NCBI GenBank assembly: GCA_020201335.1
Contig: JAIVGZ010000003.1
Span: 1,781 to 65,780, forward strand
Length of the DNA stretch: 64,000 nucleotides
Reading direction: 5' to 3'
DNA from: Natronospirales bacterium
GTDB taxonomy: Bacteria; Pseudomonadota; Gammaproteobacteria; Natronospirales; JAIVGZ01
In this document: positions 18,395 to 25,060 of the stretch, in pieces
Position numbering within the stretch: the stretch's first letter is position 1
Layout of the letters: the number at the start of each line of letters is the position of its first letter
Translations under genes and position numbers: made by a program
The notes under the pieces: generated by a model
Told to the model about the DNA's origin: nothing
The model's database searches: none
What the model saw: only the letters and a program-made list of their open reading frames with translations

Positions 18395-18455
18395 AACGTT
18401 CCATATTAACTACCCCGCGTATAACCCCCCTGAGGGTCATACATAGGTGTTAGCG
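18395..18455 (+). promoter_or_regulatory. Second attI-like junction (GTTAGCG at 18449-18455)
   Basis: AACTACCCCGCGTATAACCCCCCTGAGGGTCATACATAGGTGTTAGCG resembles the attI at 13565-13612 (AACTAACCCAACTATGACCCTCCAACGGGTCACACATAGTCGTTAGCG). TTAGCGAACGAGCT is the reverse complement of AGCTCGTCCGCTAA (18951) with one mismatch. Confidence 0.6.
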
Positions 18456-18512
18456 AACGAGCTAGACCAGCCTCGTGCCGGGCGTATACTTGACCGAGAG
18501 AGGTAGGAGCGA

Positions 18513-18713
18513 ATGCGCAGACTTGACGAAATCGAGAACCAAATCAAGGCGCTCTCTCGCGAAGAGTTCAAAGAACTGCGCGAGTGGATTCTCGAGCGCG
18601 ATTGGGAAGCATGGGACGCTCAGGTCAGCCGTGACGCCGAGGCAGGGAAGCTGGACCACGCCTTGAACGAAGCGAGAGACGACTACAAGGCTGGGCGCTC
18701 GCGCGAGTTGTGA
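18513..18713 (+). CDS. Cassette 7: putative antitoxin partner of the ParE-like toxin
   Basis: 66-aa acidic helical protein overlapping the downstream toxin gene by 4 nt (GTGA). The antitoxin role is assigned by position. Confidence 0.55.
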   Translation: MRRLDEIENQIKALSREEFKELREWILERDWEAWDAQVSRDAEAGKLDHALNEARDDYKAGRSREL

Positions 18714-18964
18714 AGCATTCTGCCTCGTCGAAGTTCTGGTCGCTATACCAGAACTTGCCCAAGGAGGTCCGGGCCATTGCGGACAAGAGCTTCGAGATAC
18801 TCAAATCTGACCCGGGGCATCCTTCGCTCCATTTTAAAAAGATCGGTGCGCTTCGGTCTGTCCGAATCGGGCTCCAATACCGTGCTTTGGGATACGACGT
18901 GGATGGCGGTGTTCATTGGTTTTGGATCGGGACGCATGGGGAGTATGACAAGCTCGTCCGCTAA
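18710..18964 (+). CDS. Cassette 7: RelE/ParE-superfamily toxin (ParE-like)
   Basis: 84 aa with ..DPGHPSLHFKKIGALRSVRIGLQYRALG....WFWIGTHGEYDKL.. , the pattern of the ParE-like toxin family. Confidence 0.7.
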   Translation: MKHSASSKFWSLYQNLPKEVRAIADKSFEILKSDPGHPSLHFKKIGALRSVRIGLQYRALGYDVDGGVHWFWIGTHGEYDKLVR

Positions 18965-19084
18965 CAAAGCATTGGAGCGACCGCGCTCCGCGGTTTCTAG
19001 CGAGGACCTGGTAAAGATGACAAGGATAAAGTGCCTATCTGCAATCGCGGTGATGTCGCGCGCCGCTCAACGCGAGTGTTAGGC
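18951..19084 (+). repeat. attC 7 (class A)
   Basis: AGCTCGTCCGCTAACAAAGCATTGGAGCGACCGCGC...GCGCGCCGCTCAACGCGAGT GTTAGGC. Confidence 0.85.
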
Positions 19085-19104
19085 AACGGTCACACGGAGG
19101 TGCC

Positions 19105-19302
19105 ATGCCCCCGAAAATCCGGGACCTTATCGCAGAATTGGAGCGCGCCGGCTTCGTGGACCGGGGCGGCAAAGGCAGCCACAGGAACTTCGTCCATCCC
19201 GGGGTTAAAATGCCGGTAACCGTCTCTGGCAACCTTGGCGACGATGCGAAGCACTACCAGACCCGTGCAGTAAAGAGGGCGCTGGAGGAGGCGAAGAAAT
19301 GA
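19105..19302 (+). CDS. hicA: Cassette 8: HicA-family mRNA interferase toxin
   Basis: 65 aa. ..LERAGFVDRGGKGSHRNFVHPG.. is the HicA/YcfA signature. Confidence 0.8.
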   Translation: MPPKIRDLIAELERAGFVDRGGKGSHRNFVHPGVKMPVTVSGNLGDDAKHYQTRAVKRALEEAKK

Positions 19303-19538
19303 AGGACAGCGCGAAGTACGTCAAGTTGGTGGAATGGTCCGAGGAGGACCAATGCTACGTCGGTAGCGCTCCGGGTCTCATCTTTGGCGGATGCCACGGC
19401 GACAACGAGAAGGCCGTCTTTGACGAACTTTGCGACGTCGTCGAGGAGACGATCGCGCTTTATCACAAGGATGGCAAAGCTCTGCCGCCTCCAACTGCAG
19501 GGCAGGACTTAGCCAACAAGCTGCAGACCGTCGCCTAA
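19299..19538 (+). CDS. hicB: Cassette 8: HicB-family antitoxin
   Basis: 79 aa overlapping hicA by 4 nt. ..WSEEDQCYVGSAPGL..CHGDNEKAVFDEL..VEETIALY.. is HicB-like. Confidence 0.7.
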   Translation: MKDSAKYVKLVEWSEEDQCYVGSAPGLIFGGCHGDNEKAVFDELCDVVEETIALYHKDGKALPPPTAGQDLANKLQTVA

Positions 19539-19658
19539 CAAAGCATTGGAGCGGCCGCGCTCCGCGGTTTCTAGGGAGGGACTGGTAAAGATGACAAGGA
19601 TAAAGTTCCGATCTGAAATCGCGGTGTGGTCGCGCGCCGCTCAACGCAGGTGTTAGAT
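19527..19658 (+). repeat. attC 8 (class A)
   Basis: ACCGTCGCCTAAC (reverse complement of 19078 GTTAGGCAACGGT, one mismatch) ... CCGCTCAACGCAGGT GTTAGAT. Confidence 0.85.
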
Positions 19659-19664
19659 GCCATC

Positions 19665-20237
19665 ATGAAGGCGTTGCTGGTCTCGGCAATCCTCCCCGCG
19701 TTTCTAGCGATTGCCAGTTGCGTCTCCACACCTACTGCGGTGGAGCAAGTTTCAGAATGGATTGAGCTACAGTATTGGCTCGATTCTGACTGTCGGTTTG
19801 TCGCTGCACCGACTGATGGCAATGACGCATCCGTCATCGACTTAGGACATGCCGGTGCTGCTTTTCTCCGCGCAGCACTGGTGCAAGAACTGCATGAGAT
19901 TGACTGGTCTCAAATTGAGAGCACGCGCGGACTCGCCTATAGAGGCGCCCCCCACGCACAAGCGGACCACATTGAAGACGAGATTGCGAGAAAAGGCCCG
20001 TGGCCTCTGACGGCGCGAGGCTTGCTGGATCCGACCCGGCCGACTGCTCCTACGTATGGGGCCCGCGCGATTTGTGGTTTCGACGAAAATGGAGAAATTG
20101 ACATGGTGATGCTCTACTCGTCGGAGTACGAAGGCGGGAGGCGCATCATCCCGCGGGCTGAACTCGAACCTGGGAGGAATATAGTTGATCCCGTCCACGT
20201 TCGGATTGAACTTCGATTGCTGTTCAACGGCATCTAA
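19665..20237 (+). CDS. Cassette 9: hypothetical lipoprotein
   Basis: Lipobox FLAIASC after the ATG at 19665. The tracked ORF start at 19626 lies inside the attC. No recognisable family. Confidence 0.6.
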   Translation: MKALLVSAILPAFLAIASCVSTPTAVEQVSEWIELQYWLDSDCRFVAAPTDGNDASVIDLGHAGAAFLRAALVQELHEIDWSQIESTRGLAYRGAPHAQADHIEDEIARKGPWPLTARGLLDPTRPTAPTYGARAICGFDENGEIDMVMLYSSEYEGGRRIIPRAELEPGRNIVDPVHVRIELRLLFNGI

Positions 20238-20358
20238 CGAAGCATTGGAGCGGTCGCGCGGAGCTGCCGATTAGCGAGGGACTGGAAATGCGTTCAGGGA
20301 TAAAGTGCTTCTCAACAGCGGTCGCCGGTCCGCGCGCCGCTCAACGCTGGGGTTAGGC
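20228..20358 (+). repeat. attC 9 (class A variant)
   Basis: ACGGCATCTAACGAAGCATTGGAGCGGTCGCGCGGAGCTGCC...GCGCGCCGCTCAACGCTGGG GTTAGGC. Confidence 0.85.
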
Positions 20359-20408
20359 AGTCGTAGAACCACTGATGTGCTTCCGGCGGATAGGGGTGAT
20401 CAACATTA

Positions 20409-20810
20409 ATGGTTAATACGATAGCTGCGCTGGTGGTACTGCTAACCGGCCTGTACTTGGTCACACTCTCCGCGTTCTCAGTTTTCGATTCGGGACGCGC
20501 TGCGCGCTTCCTTGAGGCGTTCGCGAGTAACAAAAGCGCTCACTTCGTGGAGCTTTCCCTTCGCCTTATCGTGGGAGTTAGCATACTGGTATACGCACCG
20601 CGCATGCTATTCCCAGACATGTTCACAGTGTTTGGCTGGATCATTACTGTTACGACCATCGGCTTATTCGCGATTCCTTGGCGGTGGCATCGCGACTTCG
20701 CTCAACAAGTGGTGCCTTTGGTTACCAAGCATCTCGGATTATTTTCAATTGGCTCGCTTGCGCTTGGAGCAGTTATCATGCTTTCGGTAATGTTTGGATA
20801 TGGCACTTAA
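20409..20810 (+). CDS. Cassette 10: hypothetical 4-TM membrane protein
   Basis: 133-aa hydrophobic ORF filling the cassette. Confidence 0.6.
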   Translation: MVNTIAALVVLLTGLYLVTLSAFSVFDSGRAARFLEAFASNKSAHFVELSLRLIVGVSILVYAPRMLFPDMFTVFGWIITVTTIGLFAIPWRWHRDFAQQVVPLVTKHLGLFSIGSLALGAVIMLSVMFGYGT

Positions 20811-20841
20811 AACGTGTAGACAACGCACACGTGGTGAAATC

Positions 20842-20972
20842 CGACGCCTAACTACGCGTTGGAGCGGCCTGATGAAAAGTAGGCGGCCATGCGCCTCGGG
20901 CGCGCTTTAATATTGTGCGCCCTCGGCGAATGGACAATACGCGGCGCCTGCCGCTCAACGCAGGGGTTAGAG
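20842..20972 (+). repeat. attC 10 (class C, about 131 bp)
   Basis: CGACGCCTAACTACGCGTTGGAGCGGCC...CTGCCGCTCAACGCAGGG GTTAGAG. The central part differs from class A and resembles attC 15. Confidence 0.8.
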
Positions 20973-20984
20973 CGCGGGTGACGA

Positions 20985-21254
20985 ATGCAGTTCGAATGGT
21001 CCAAGGAGAAGGCCCAAGCAAATGCGACAAAGCACGGGGTCACATTCTTGGAAGCCCGTACCGTATTCGGCGATCCGCTGTCCTCGACAACCCCGGACCC
21101 TGAGCACTCGCTGGACGAAGCTAGGTTCCTGATATTTGGTCGTTCTGTTACAGGTCGAGCCCTTGTCGTATCCTTTACCGAGCGTGGCGAAAGTATCCGC
21201 CTCATTTCGGCCCGTTCAATGACGCCGCGCGAGATTCGAGCCTATGAGCAATAA
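20985..21254 (+). CDS. brnT: Cassette 11: BrnT-family (DUF497) ribonuclease toxin
   Basis: 89 aa. ..FEWSKEKAQANATKHGVTFLEARTVFGDP......R.LIFG......LVVSFTERGESIRLISAR.. is the BrnT pattern. Confidence 0.8.
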   Translation: MQFEWSKEKAQANATKHGVTFLEARTVFGDPLSSTTPDPEHSLDEARFLIFGRSVTGRALVVSFTERGESIRLISARSMTPREIRAYEQ

Positions 21255-21450
21255 CGACGACAAGCTGAGAGACGAATACCCCGAGGACCTCATCCGCGGC
21301 GGGGAGCGGGGTAAGTACGCCGCGCGATATCGAGAAAGCGAACACTTCGTTGCGATAGATCCCGAAATGCACGAACTCTTTCCAGACGCGGAGTCTGTGA
21401 ATAAAGCACTCCGTGAGTATGCCGCCGAGAAGAAGAAGTCCGCGCCCTAA
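21244..21450 (+). CDS. brnA: Cassette 11: BrnA-like antitoxin
   Basis: 68 aa overlapping brnT by 11 nt. ..GERGKYAARY....VAIDPEMHELFPDAESVNKALR.. is BrnA-like. Confidence 0.65.
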   Translation: MSNNDDKLRDEYPEDLIRGGERGKYAARYRESEHFVAIDPEMHELFPDAESVNKALREYAAEKKKSAP

Positions 21451-21570
21451 CAAAGCATTGGAGCGGCCGCGCTCCGCGGTTTCTATGGAGGGACTGGTAA
21501 AGATGTCAGGGATAAAGTGCAACTTGGCTAGCTCGGCGCTGTCACGCGCCGCTCAACGCGGGTGTTAGGC
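21439..21570 (+). repeat. attC 11 (class A)
   Basis: TCCGCGCCCTAACAAAGCATTGGAGCGGCCGCGC...CACGCGCCGCTCAACGCGGGT GTTAGGC. Confidence 0.85.
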
Positions 21571-21573
21571 CGC

Positions 21574-22227
21574 ATGACGAAACCTAGGAAGCCCATGAAT
21601 AGAGCAAAGCTCGCCCGACTCCTACTCTTCGCATCCATTCTTTATGTAATTGGCTTCTACTTCATTGGCAGCGCCATAAAGCCGGGATACTCACAGATTA
21701 CAAACTTTGTCAGTGAGTACAACGCAGCTGGAACGTCTTGGGCTCAAACGCTTACTTATGCAGGTTTTGCTGCCACGTCAGCAATCCTTGCGGCGTTCTT
21801 AGTCACAACTTTGCCACTTCTTAATGTTTCCGGCGCAAGTCGCATGGGAGCATGGCTTTTGTGGTCTGTTCCCGCGTCATACCTTCTTGCTGTGATTGCC
21901 CCTTGTGATGCTGGGTGCCCGCTTGACGGTTCGACCAGCCAGATCGCACACAATTTGCTTGCCATCATCACCTACTTCGGCATGGGCGCCAGCATCTTCC
22001 TAATTTCACTGGCCCCGGAATTCGGTAACTTCAAGCTGCGCCGCGGCTTCCTGCTTGTGACCGGCATCGCCTTTCCAGTAGTGTTCTTCCTCATGGTTCA
22101 GCCAGAGCTAGCCTTGTGGGGCGGCTTGATGCAGCGTCTACTAGACGTTGCAATGGCTATATCTTTGGCAATAGTTGTTTGGACACTCGCGCCGACCGAC
22201 CGCGATGTACAGCGGACTGCGGCCTAA
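21574..22227 (+). CDS. Cassette 12: polytopic membrane protein (possibly DUF998-like)
   Basis: About 217 aa and 6 TM segments. The ATG at 21574 lies just after the attC core. Confidence 0.55.
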   Translation: MTKPRKPMNRAKLARLLLFASILYVIGFYFIGSAIKPGYSQITNFVSEYNAAGTSWAQTLTYAGFAATSAILAAFLVTTLPLLNVSGASRMGAWLLWSVPASYLLAVIAPCDAGCPLDGSTSQIAHNLLAIITYFGMGASIFLISLAPEFGNFKLRRGFLLVTGIAFPVVFFLMVQPELALWGGLMQRLLDVAMAISLAIVVWTLAPTDRDVQRTAA

Positions 22228-22282
22228 CAATTCGTTCAAGCCGAACTGGCTTCGCCAGTCGCCTTAACTCAGGTGGTTAGAC
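22219..22282 (+). repeat. attC 12 (short class, 64 bp)
   Basis: GCGGCCTAAC (exact reverse complement of 21564 GTTAGGCCGC) AATTCGTTCAAGCC...GCCTTAACTCAGGTG GTTAGAC. Confidence 0.85.
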
Positions 22283-22320
22283 CTCACCACAACTTTCATG
22301 GGTGTTCGAAGGAGAGAAGC

Positions 22321-22839
22321 ATGTTCCTGCCAAAGTGGCTCATTGCACTGCTAGTTTTGGTCTTTACGGCTCTTGCCGCTTGGACCTATCTTTTGGCGAT
22401 TGAGCGCAACCCACTTCCATTCCCTGACCGTGGGTCGCGCATTTTCTCCACACCGTCTCCTGAAGCCAAAGAAGCCCTTGTTTCTCTTCTTGCCCGCCAC
22501 GGTATCAGGGAACGGTTTCAGGCCAACAGCAGCGGAATCCTTCGTTCAATCATGTGGGATGGAACCATCATCAACTACGCCCCACCGGACGTCGTTGAGA
22601 AACTTGGCCACGCCACTGCCAGTATTGGACTTGTCGCTGATGATCCGGTGGCTAGCGCCAACGCTGCGGCCGAATTTTTGCGGTCGCACGGCTTTGAGGC
22701 AAGCGTTGTCCTAGACGCTGAGCCTGAGTTGCCTATTGCCTTTGTTGTGACCAACGCGACGTCAGGCACCGTGCTGAACTTTCGTAAGCATGTCATCCAT
22801 CTACCGCGGCCACAATCTGTCGACACAAATCCCGAGTGA
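22321..22839 (+). CDS. Cassette 13: hypothetical protein with an N-terminal TM anchor
   Basis: ATG at 22321 preceded by AAGGAGAG. 172 aa. No recognisable family. Confidence 0.6.
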   Translation: MFLPKWLIALLVLVFTALAAWTYLLAIERNPLPFPDRGSRIFSTPSPEAKEALVSLLARHGIRERFQANSSGILRSIMWDGTIINYAPPDVVEKLGHATASIGLVADDPVASANAAAEFLRSHGFEASVVLDAEPELPIAFVVTNATSGTVLNFRKHVIHLPRPQSVDTNPE

Positions 22840-22880
22840 GGTCTAACCATGCGTTCAAGCGGACCGCGGGGAGAGGCTAT
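22836..22880 (+). repeat. attC 13, truncated (class B left arm only)
   Basis: GTGAGGTCTAAC (exact reverse complement of 22276 GTTAGACCTCAC) CATGCGTTCAAGCGGACCGCGGGGAGAGGCTAT parallels the left half of attC 4, then breaks. Confidence 0.75.
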
Positions 22881-22883
22881 CGG

Positions 22884-22991
22884 AAAGGGACAAAGGTCAT
22901 CTTGCTTTTGGCAGGTGGTGACAAGTCCACGCAACGGCGTGATATTGAACGCGCTGTCGATCTACTCAACCAGTTGGACCTTGAATCATGA
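22884..22991 (+). pseudogene. 3' remnant of an addiction-module killer (HigB/RelE-type) toxin gene
   Basis: Reads ..VILLLAGGDKSTQRRDIERAVDLLNQLDLES*, the conserved C-terminus of the 'addiction module killer protein' family. The stop overlaps the downstream ATG (ATGA). The N-terminal ~70 codons are absent. Confidence 0.7.
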
Positions 22992-23203
22992 GCCACTCTA
23001 AGCCAAAGAAACCGAAGATTGTGCCTTTCGATGCCGCCCGATACCTAGGCGACGACAAGGCAATCGCGGAGTACATGACCGCCGTGCTTGAAAGCGACGA
23101 TCCCGATCTGTTGCTGGCGGCGCTCGGAGACGTAGCTCGTGCTAAAGGAATGGGCGAGGTTGCAAAGGCCTTGGGGATTCAGCTTACCGCTAAGGTGGCA
23201 TGA
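22988..23203 (+). CDS. Addiction-module antidote protein (HigA-family), probably shortened
   Basis: ..PFDAARYLGDDKAIAEYMTAVLESDDPDLLLAALGDVARAKGM.. matches the antidote family N-terminus. The HTH region appears abbreviated (71 aa). Confidence 0.65.
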   Translation: MSHSKPKKPKIVPFDAARYLGDDKAIAEYMTAVLESDDPDLLLAALGDVARAKGMGEVAKALGIQLTAKVA

Positions 23204-23204
23204 T

Positions 23205-23333
23205 TGGCTCTAACGAAGCATTGGAGCGGCCGCGCGGAGGCAGTTTCAATGAAGGGACTGGAAATGAGTATATGGATAAAGTGCAATTCAATTAGGCAGG
23301 CGCGTCCGCACGCCGCTAAACGCGTCGTTATGC
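23205..23333 (+). repeat. attC 14 (class A variant)
   Basis: TGGCTCTAACGAAGCATTGGAGCGGCCGCGCGGAGGCAG...GCACGCCGCTAAACGCGTC GTTATGC. Confidence 0.8.
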
Positions 23334-23363
23334 AGCGCCACGCAAACCTTAAGGAGTACCACT

Positions 23364-23858
23364 ATGGTTGAAAATCAATTTGCTGCTACCGCAAAACCGA
23401 TTCCGCCGGAGTGTGTCGTCCGCGTTCCACCGTGGGTATGGTTTCTCCTGTCACTGTTGGTAGCAATCGGACTGCATCGCATTTTGCCACTTGAGGTCCT
23501 GCCACCGACGGTGAACTCTCTGTTTGGCTGGGTCGTAGTTGGCTTGGGTATGGCCGTGTTGGCGTGGTCGGAACAGCAATTCTCCCGCCACCGAACTTCC
23601 CATGACCATAAGGCAGTCGCATCGACGCTGATTACGACGGGTCCGTTCCGGTTCTCACGGAACCCCGTGTATCTTGGGCTCTCGATACTGCTCGTCGGAT
23701 TCGCAATTACTTTGAATATCCTTTGGCTCCTGCTTGCGGCACCACTGGCGCTACTCGTGATGCAGTTGCATGTAGTGCCGAGGGAGGAGGCGTGCTTGGA
23801 GCAGTTGTTTCCAGAGGCGTATCCGCGTTATCGCCAATCTGTACGGCGCTGGTTATGA
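23364..23858 (+). CDS. Cassette 15: ICMT/PEMT-family methyltransferase-like membrane protein
   Basis: 164 aa. ..TTGPFRFSRNPVYLGL.....VPREEACLEQLFPEAYPRYRQSVRRWL. Confidence 0.7.
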   Translation: MVENQFAATAKPIPPECVVRVPPWVWFLLSLLVAIGLHRILPLEVLPPTVNSLFGWVVVGLGMAVLAWSEQQFSRHRTSHDHKAVASTLITTGPFRFSRNPVYLGLSILLVGFAITLNILWLLLAAPLALLVMQLHVVPREEACLEQLFPEAYPRYRQSVRRWL

Positions 23859-23871
23859 CAGATATGGTCGA

Positions 23872-23999
23872 CTGCATAACTACGCGTTGGAGCGGCCAGT
23901 GAAAACTTGTTGGTCATGCGCCTCGGGCGCGCTTCGCTATTGTGCGCCCACTGCGCATGGGCAAACGGCGGCGAGTGCCGCTCAACGCGGGTGTTAGAC
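23872..23999 (+). repeat. attC 15 (class C)
   Basis: CTGCATAAC (exact reverse complement of 23327 GTTATGCAG) TACGCGTTGGAGCGGCC...GTGCCGCTCAACGCGGGT GTTAGAC. Confidence 0.85.
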
Positions 24000-24014
24000 A
24001 TCACTGGAGAAGGA

Positions 24015-24446
24015 ATGCGTCATTCAATAATTCTCGCCATAGTGCCCTTACTACTCTGTGCTCCTTCCGTTCATTCACAGGAGCCAGTGTCAAACAATGT
24101 ACGCACGGTTGAGCGGTTTATTGCAGCATTCAACGCTCACGACAGTGGCGCCATGGGGGCATTAGTTGCTGACGATGTCGCCTGGTTGAATATCACTGGC
24201 GAAGACGTGACGGTGGTGGTCAAGGGCAAGAGCGAGTTGGTTGCAAGTATGAACGATTATTTTGAAGCCTGCCCAACATGCCAATCAGTATTATTCGGAA
24301 CCATATCTACTCCTGACAGGATCAGCGCTATTGAGATTGCAAGTTGGCAGGGTACGACTGGTCTAAGGTCACAGAGGAGTATCTCTGTATACGAGTTTTC
24401 AGAGAGCTTGATTCAACGTGTCTATTATTTCCCCTCTGAGAATTAG
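24015..24446 (+). CDS. Cassette 16: secreted SnoaL-like/NTF2-fold protein
   Basis: Signal peptide MRHSIILAIVPLLLCAPSVHS. ..VERFIAAFNAHDSGAMGALVADDVAW.. is typical of SnoaL-like domains. Confidence 0.65.
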   Translation: MRHSIILAIVPLLLCAPSVHSQEPVSNNVRTVERFIAAFNAHDSGAMGALVADDVAWLNITGEDVTVVVKGKSELVASMNDYFEACPTCQSVLFGTISTPDRISAIEIASWQGTTGLRSQRSISVYEFSESLIQRVYYFPSEN

Positions 24447-24447
24447 A

Positions 24448-24471
24448 GTGACGTCGACGCTGGGGTTATGC
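24448..24471 (+). repeat. attC 16 remnant (collapsed to about 24 bp)
   Basis: GTGACGTC (compare the expected GTGATGTCTAAC from 23993 GTTAGACATCAC) is fused directly to GACGCTGGGGTTATGC, the right end of a class A attC. Confidence 0.55.
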
Positions 24472-24504
24472 GGACTTCCGGCGCCAAGGGTAGAGGAGGA
24501 GCGC

Positions 24505-25020
24505 ATGCAACACGACGCGAACGTGAGAGATGGTCGCCCAAATCACTGGGCCGCGATCCCCGGTCTTCCGGCTAACGCCTTCGTGGCGAACGAAGCCAGG
24601 TGGCTGGCCGCAGACGCCGGTTTTGTCGTCTTCGTTCTCCCGGGACTGTTGGCTGGAGCCAAAGTGAGTGGTCAGATGATTCTTGGTCACACGCTCGGCT
24701 TCTTTTCGCCAAAGAACCCGCTCGCATTTGTCCGAGCCGACTTGGTGCTAGCTGCTCTCGTCACCGACTTGATGTCGGACGCTTTTCTATCCTTGGATCC
24801 CAAGAACTTCCGACTGACTTCGGGTGATGTAATCAGAATCTGCGGCTCCTCTCGTCGGTCGCTGTGGACCGTCGGGGTGAGGAATAGTGGCAAACTGAGA
24901 GTTGTCCAACGTCGGGGCCGCGACAGAACGCTGATTCTGTTGGGGCAACAGGACCTGACGCAGATCGGCCGCCTACTGACCAGTGCGGGATTCGTGTTCG
25001 AAGCGGACGGCTCCACGTAG
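24505..25020 (+). CDS. Hypothetical protein (cassette 17 or first attC-less gene)
   Basis: ATG at 24505 preceded by GAGGAGGAG. 171 aa. No recognisable family. Confidence 0.55.
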   Translation: MQHDANVRDGRPNHWAAIPGLPANAFVANEARWLAADAGFVVFVLPGLLAGAKVSGQMILGHTLGFFSPKNPLAFVRADLVLAALVTDLMSDAFLSLDPKNFRLTSGDVIRICGSSRRSLWTVGVRNSGKLRVVQRRGRDRTLILLGQQDLTQIGRLLTSAGFVFEADGST

Positions 25021-25060
25021 GGGTGCACCTAACCGTGAACAACTTAAGAAGGAGCGATTA

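Noticed and set aside
18024-18449. Possible second intI remnant upstream of the second attI-like junction.
   Set aside because: Hand translation of the minus strand in three frames gave only short peptides (e.g. MEPAFCSECTKV*) with no IntI-like block. This could be revisited with BLASTX.
19626-19664. Upstream extensions of cassette ORFs in the ORF track. Examples are 19626, 21562, 22273, 23907 and 24418.
   Set aside because: These extensions start inside the preceding attC. Internal ATGs with RBS-like purine tracts and signal, lipobox or TM N-termini give more plausible starts.
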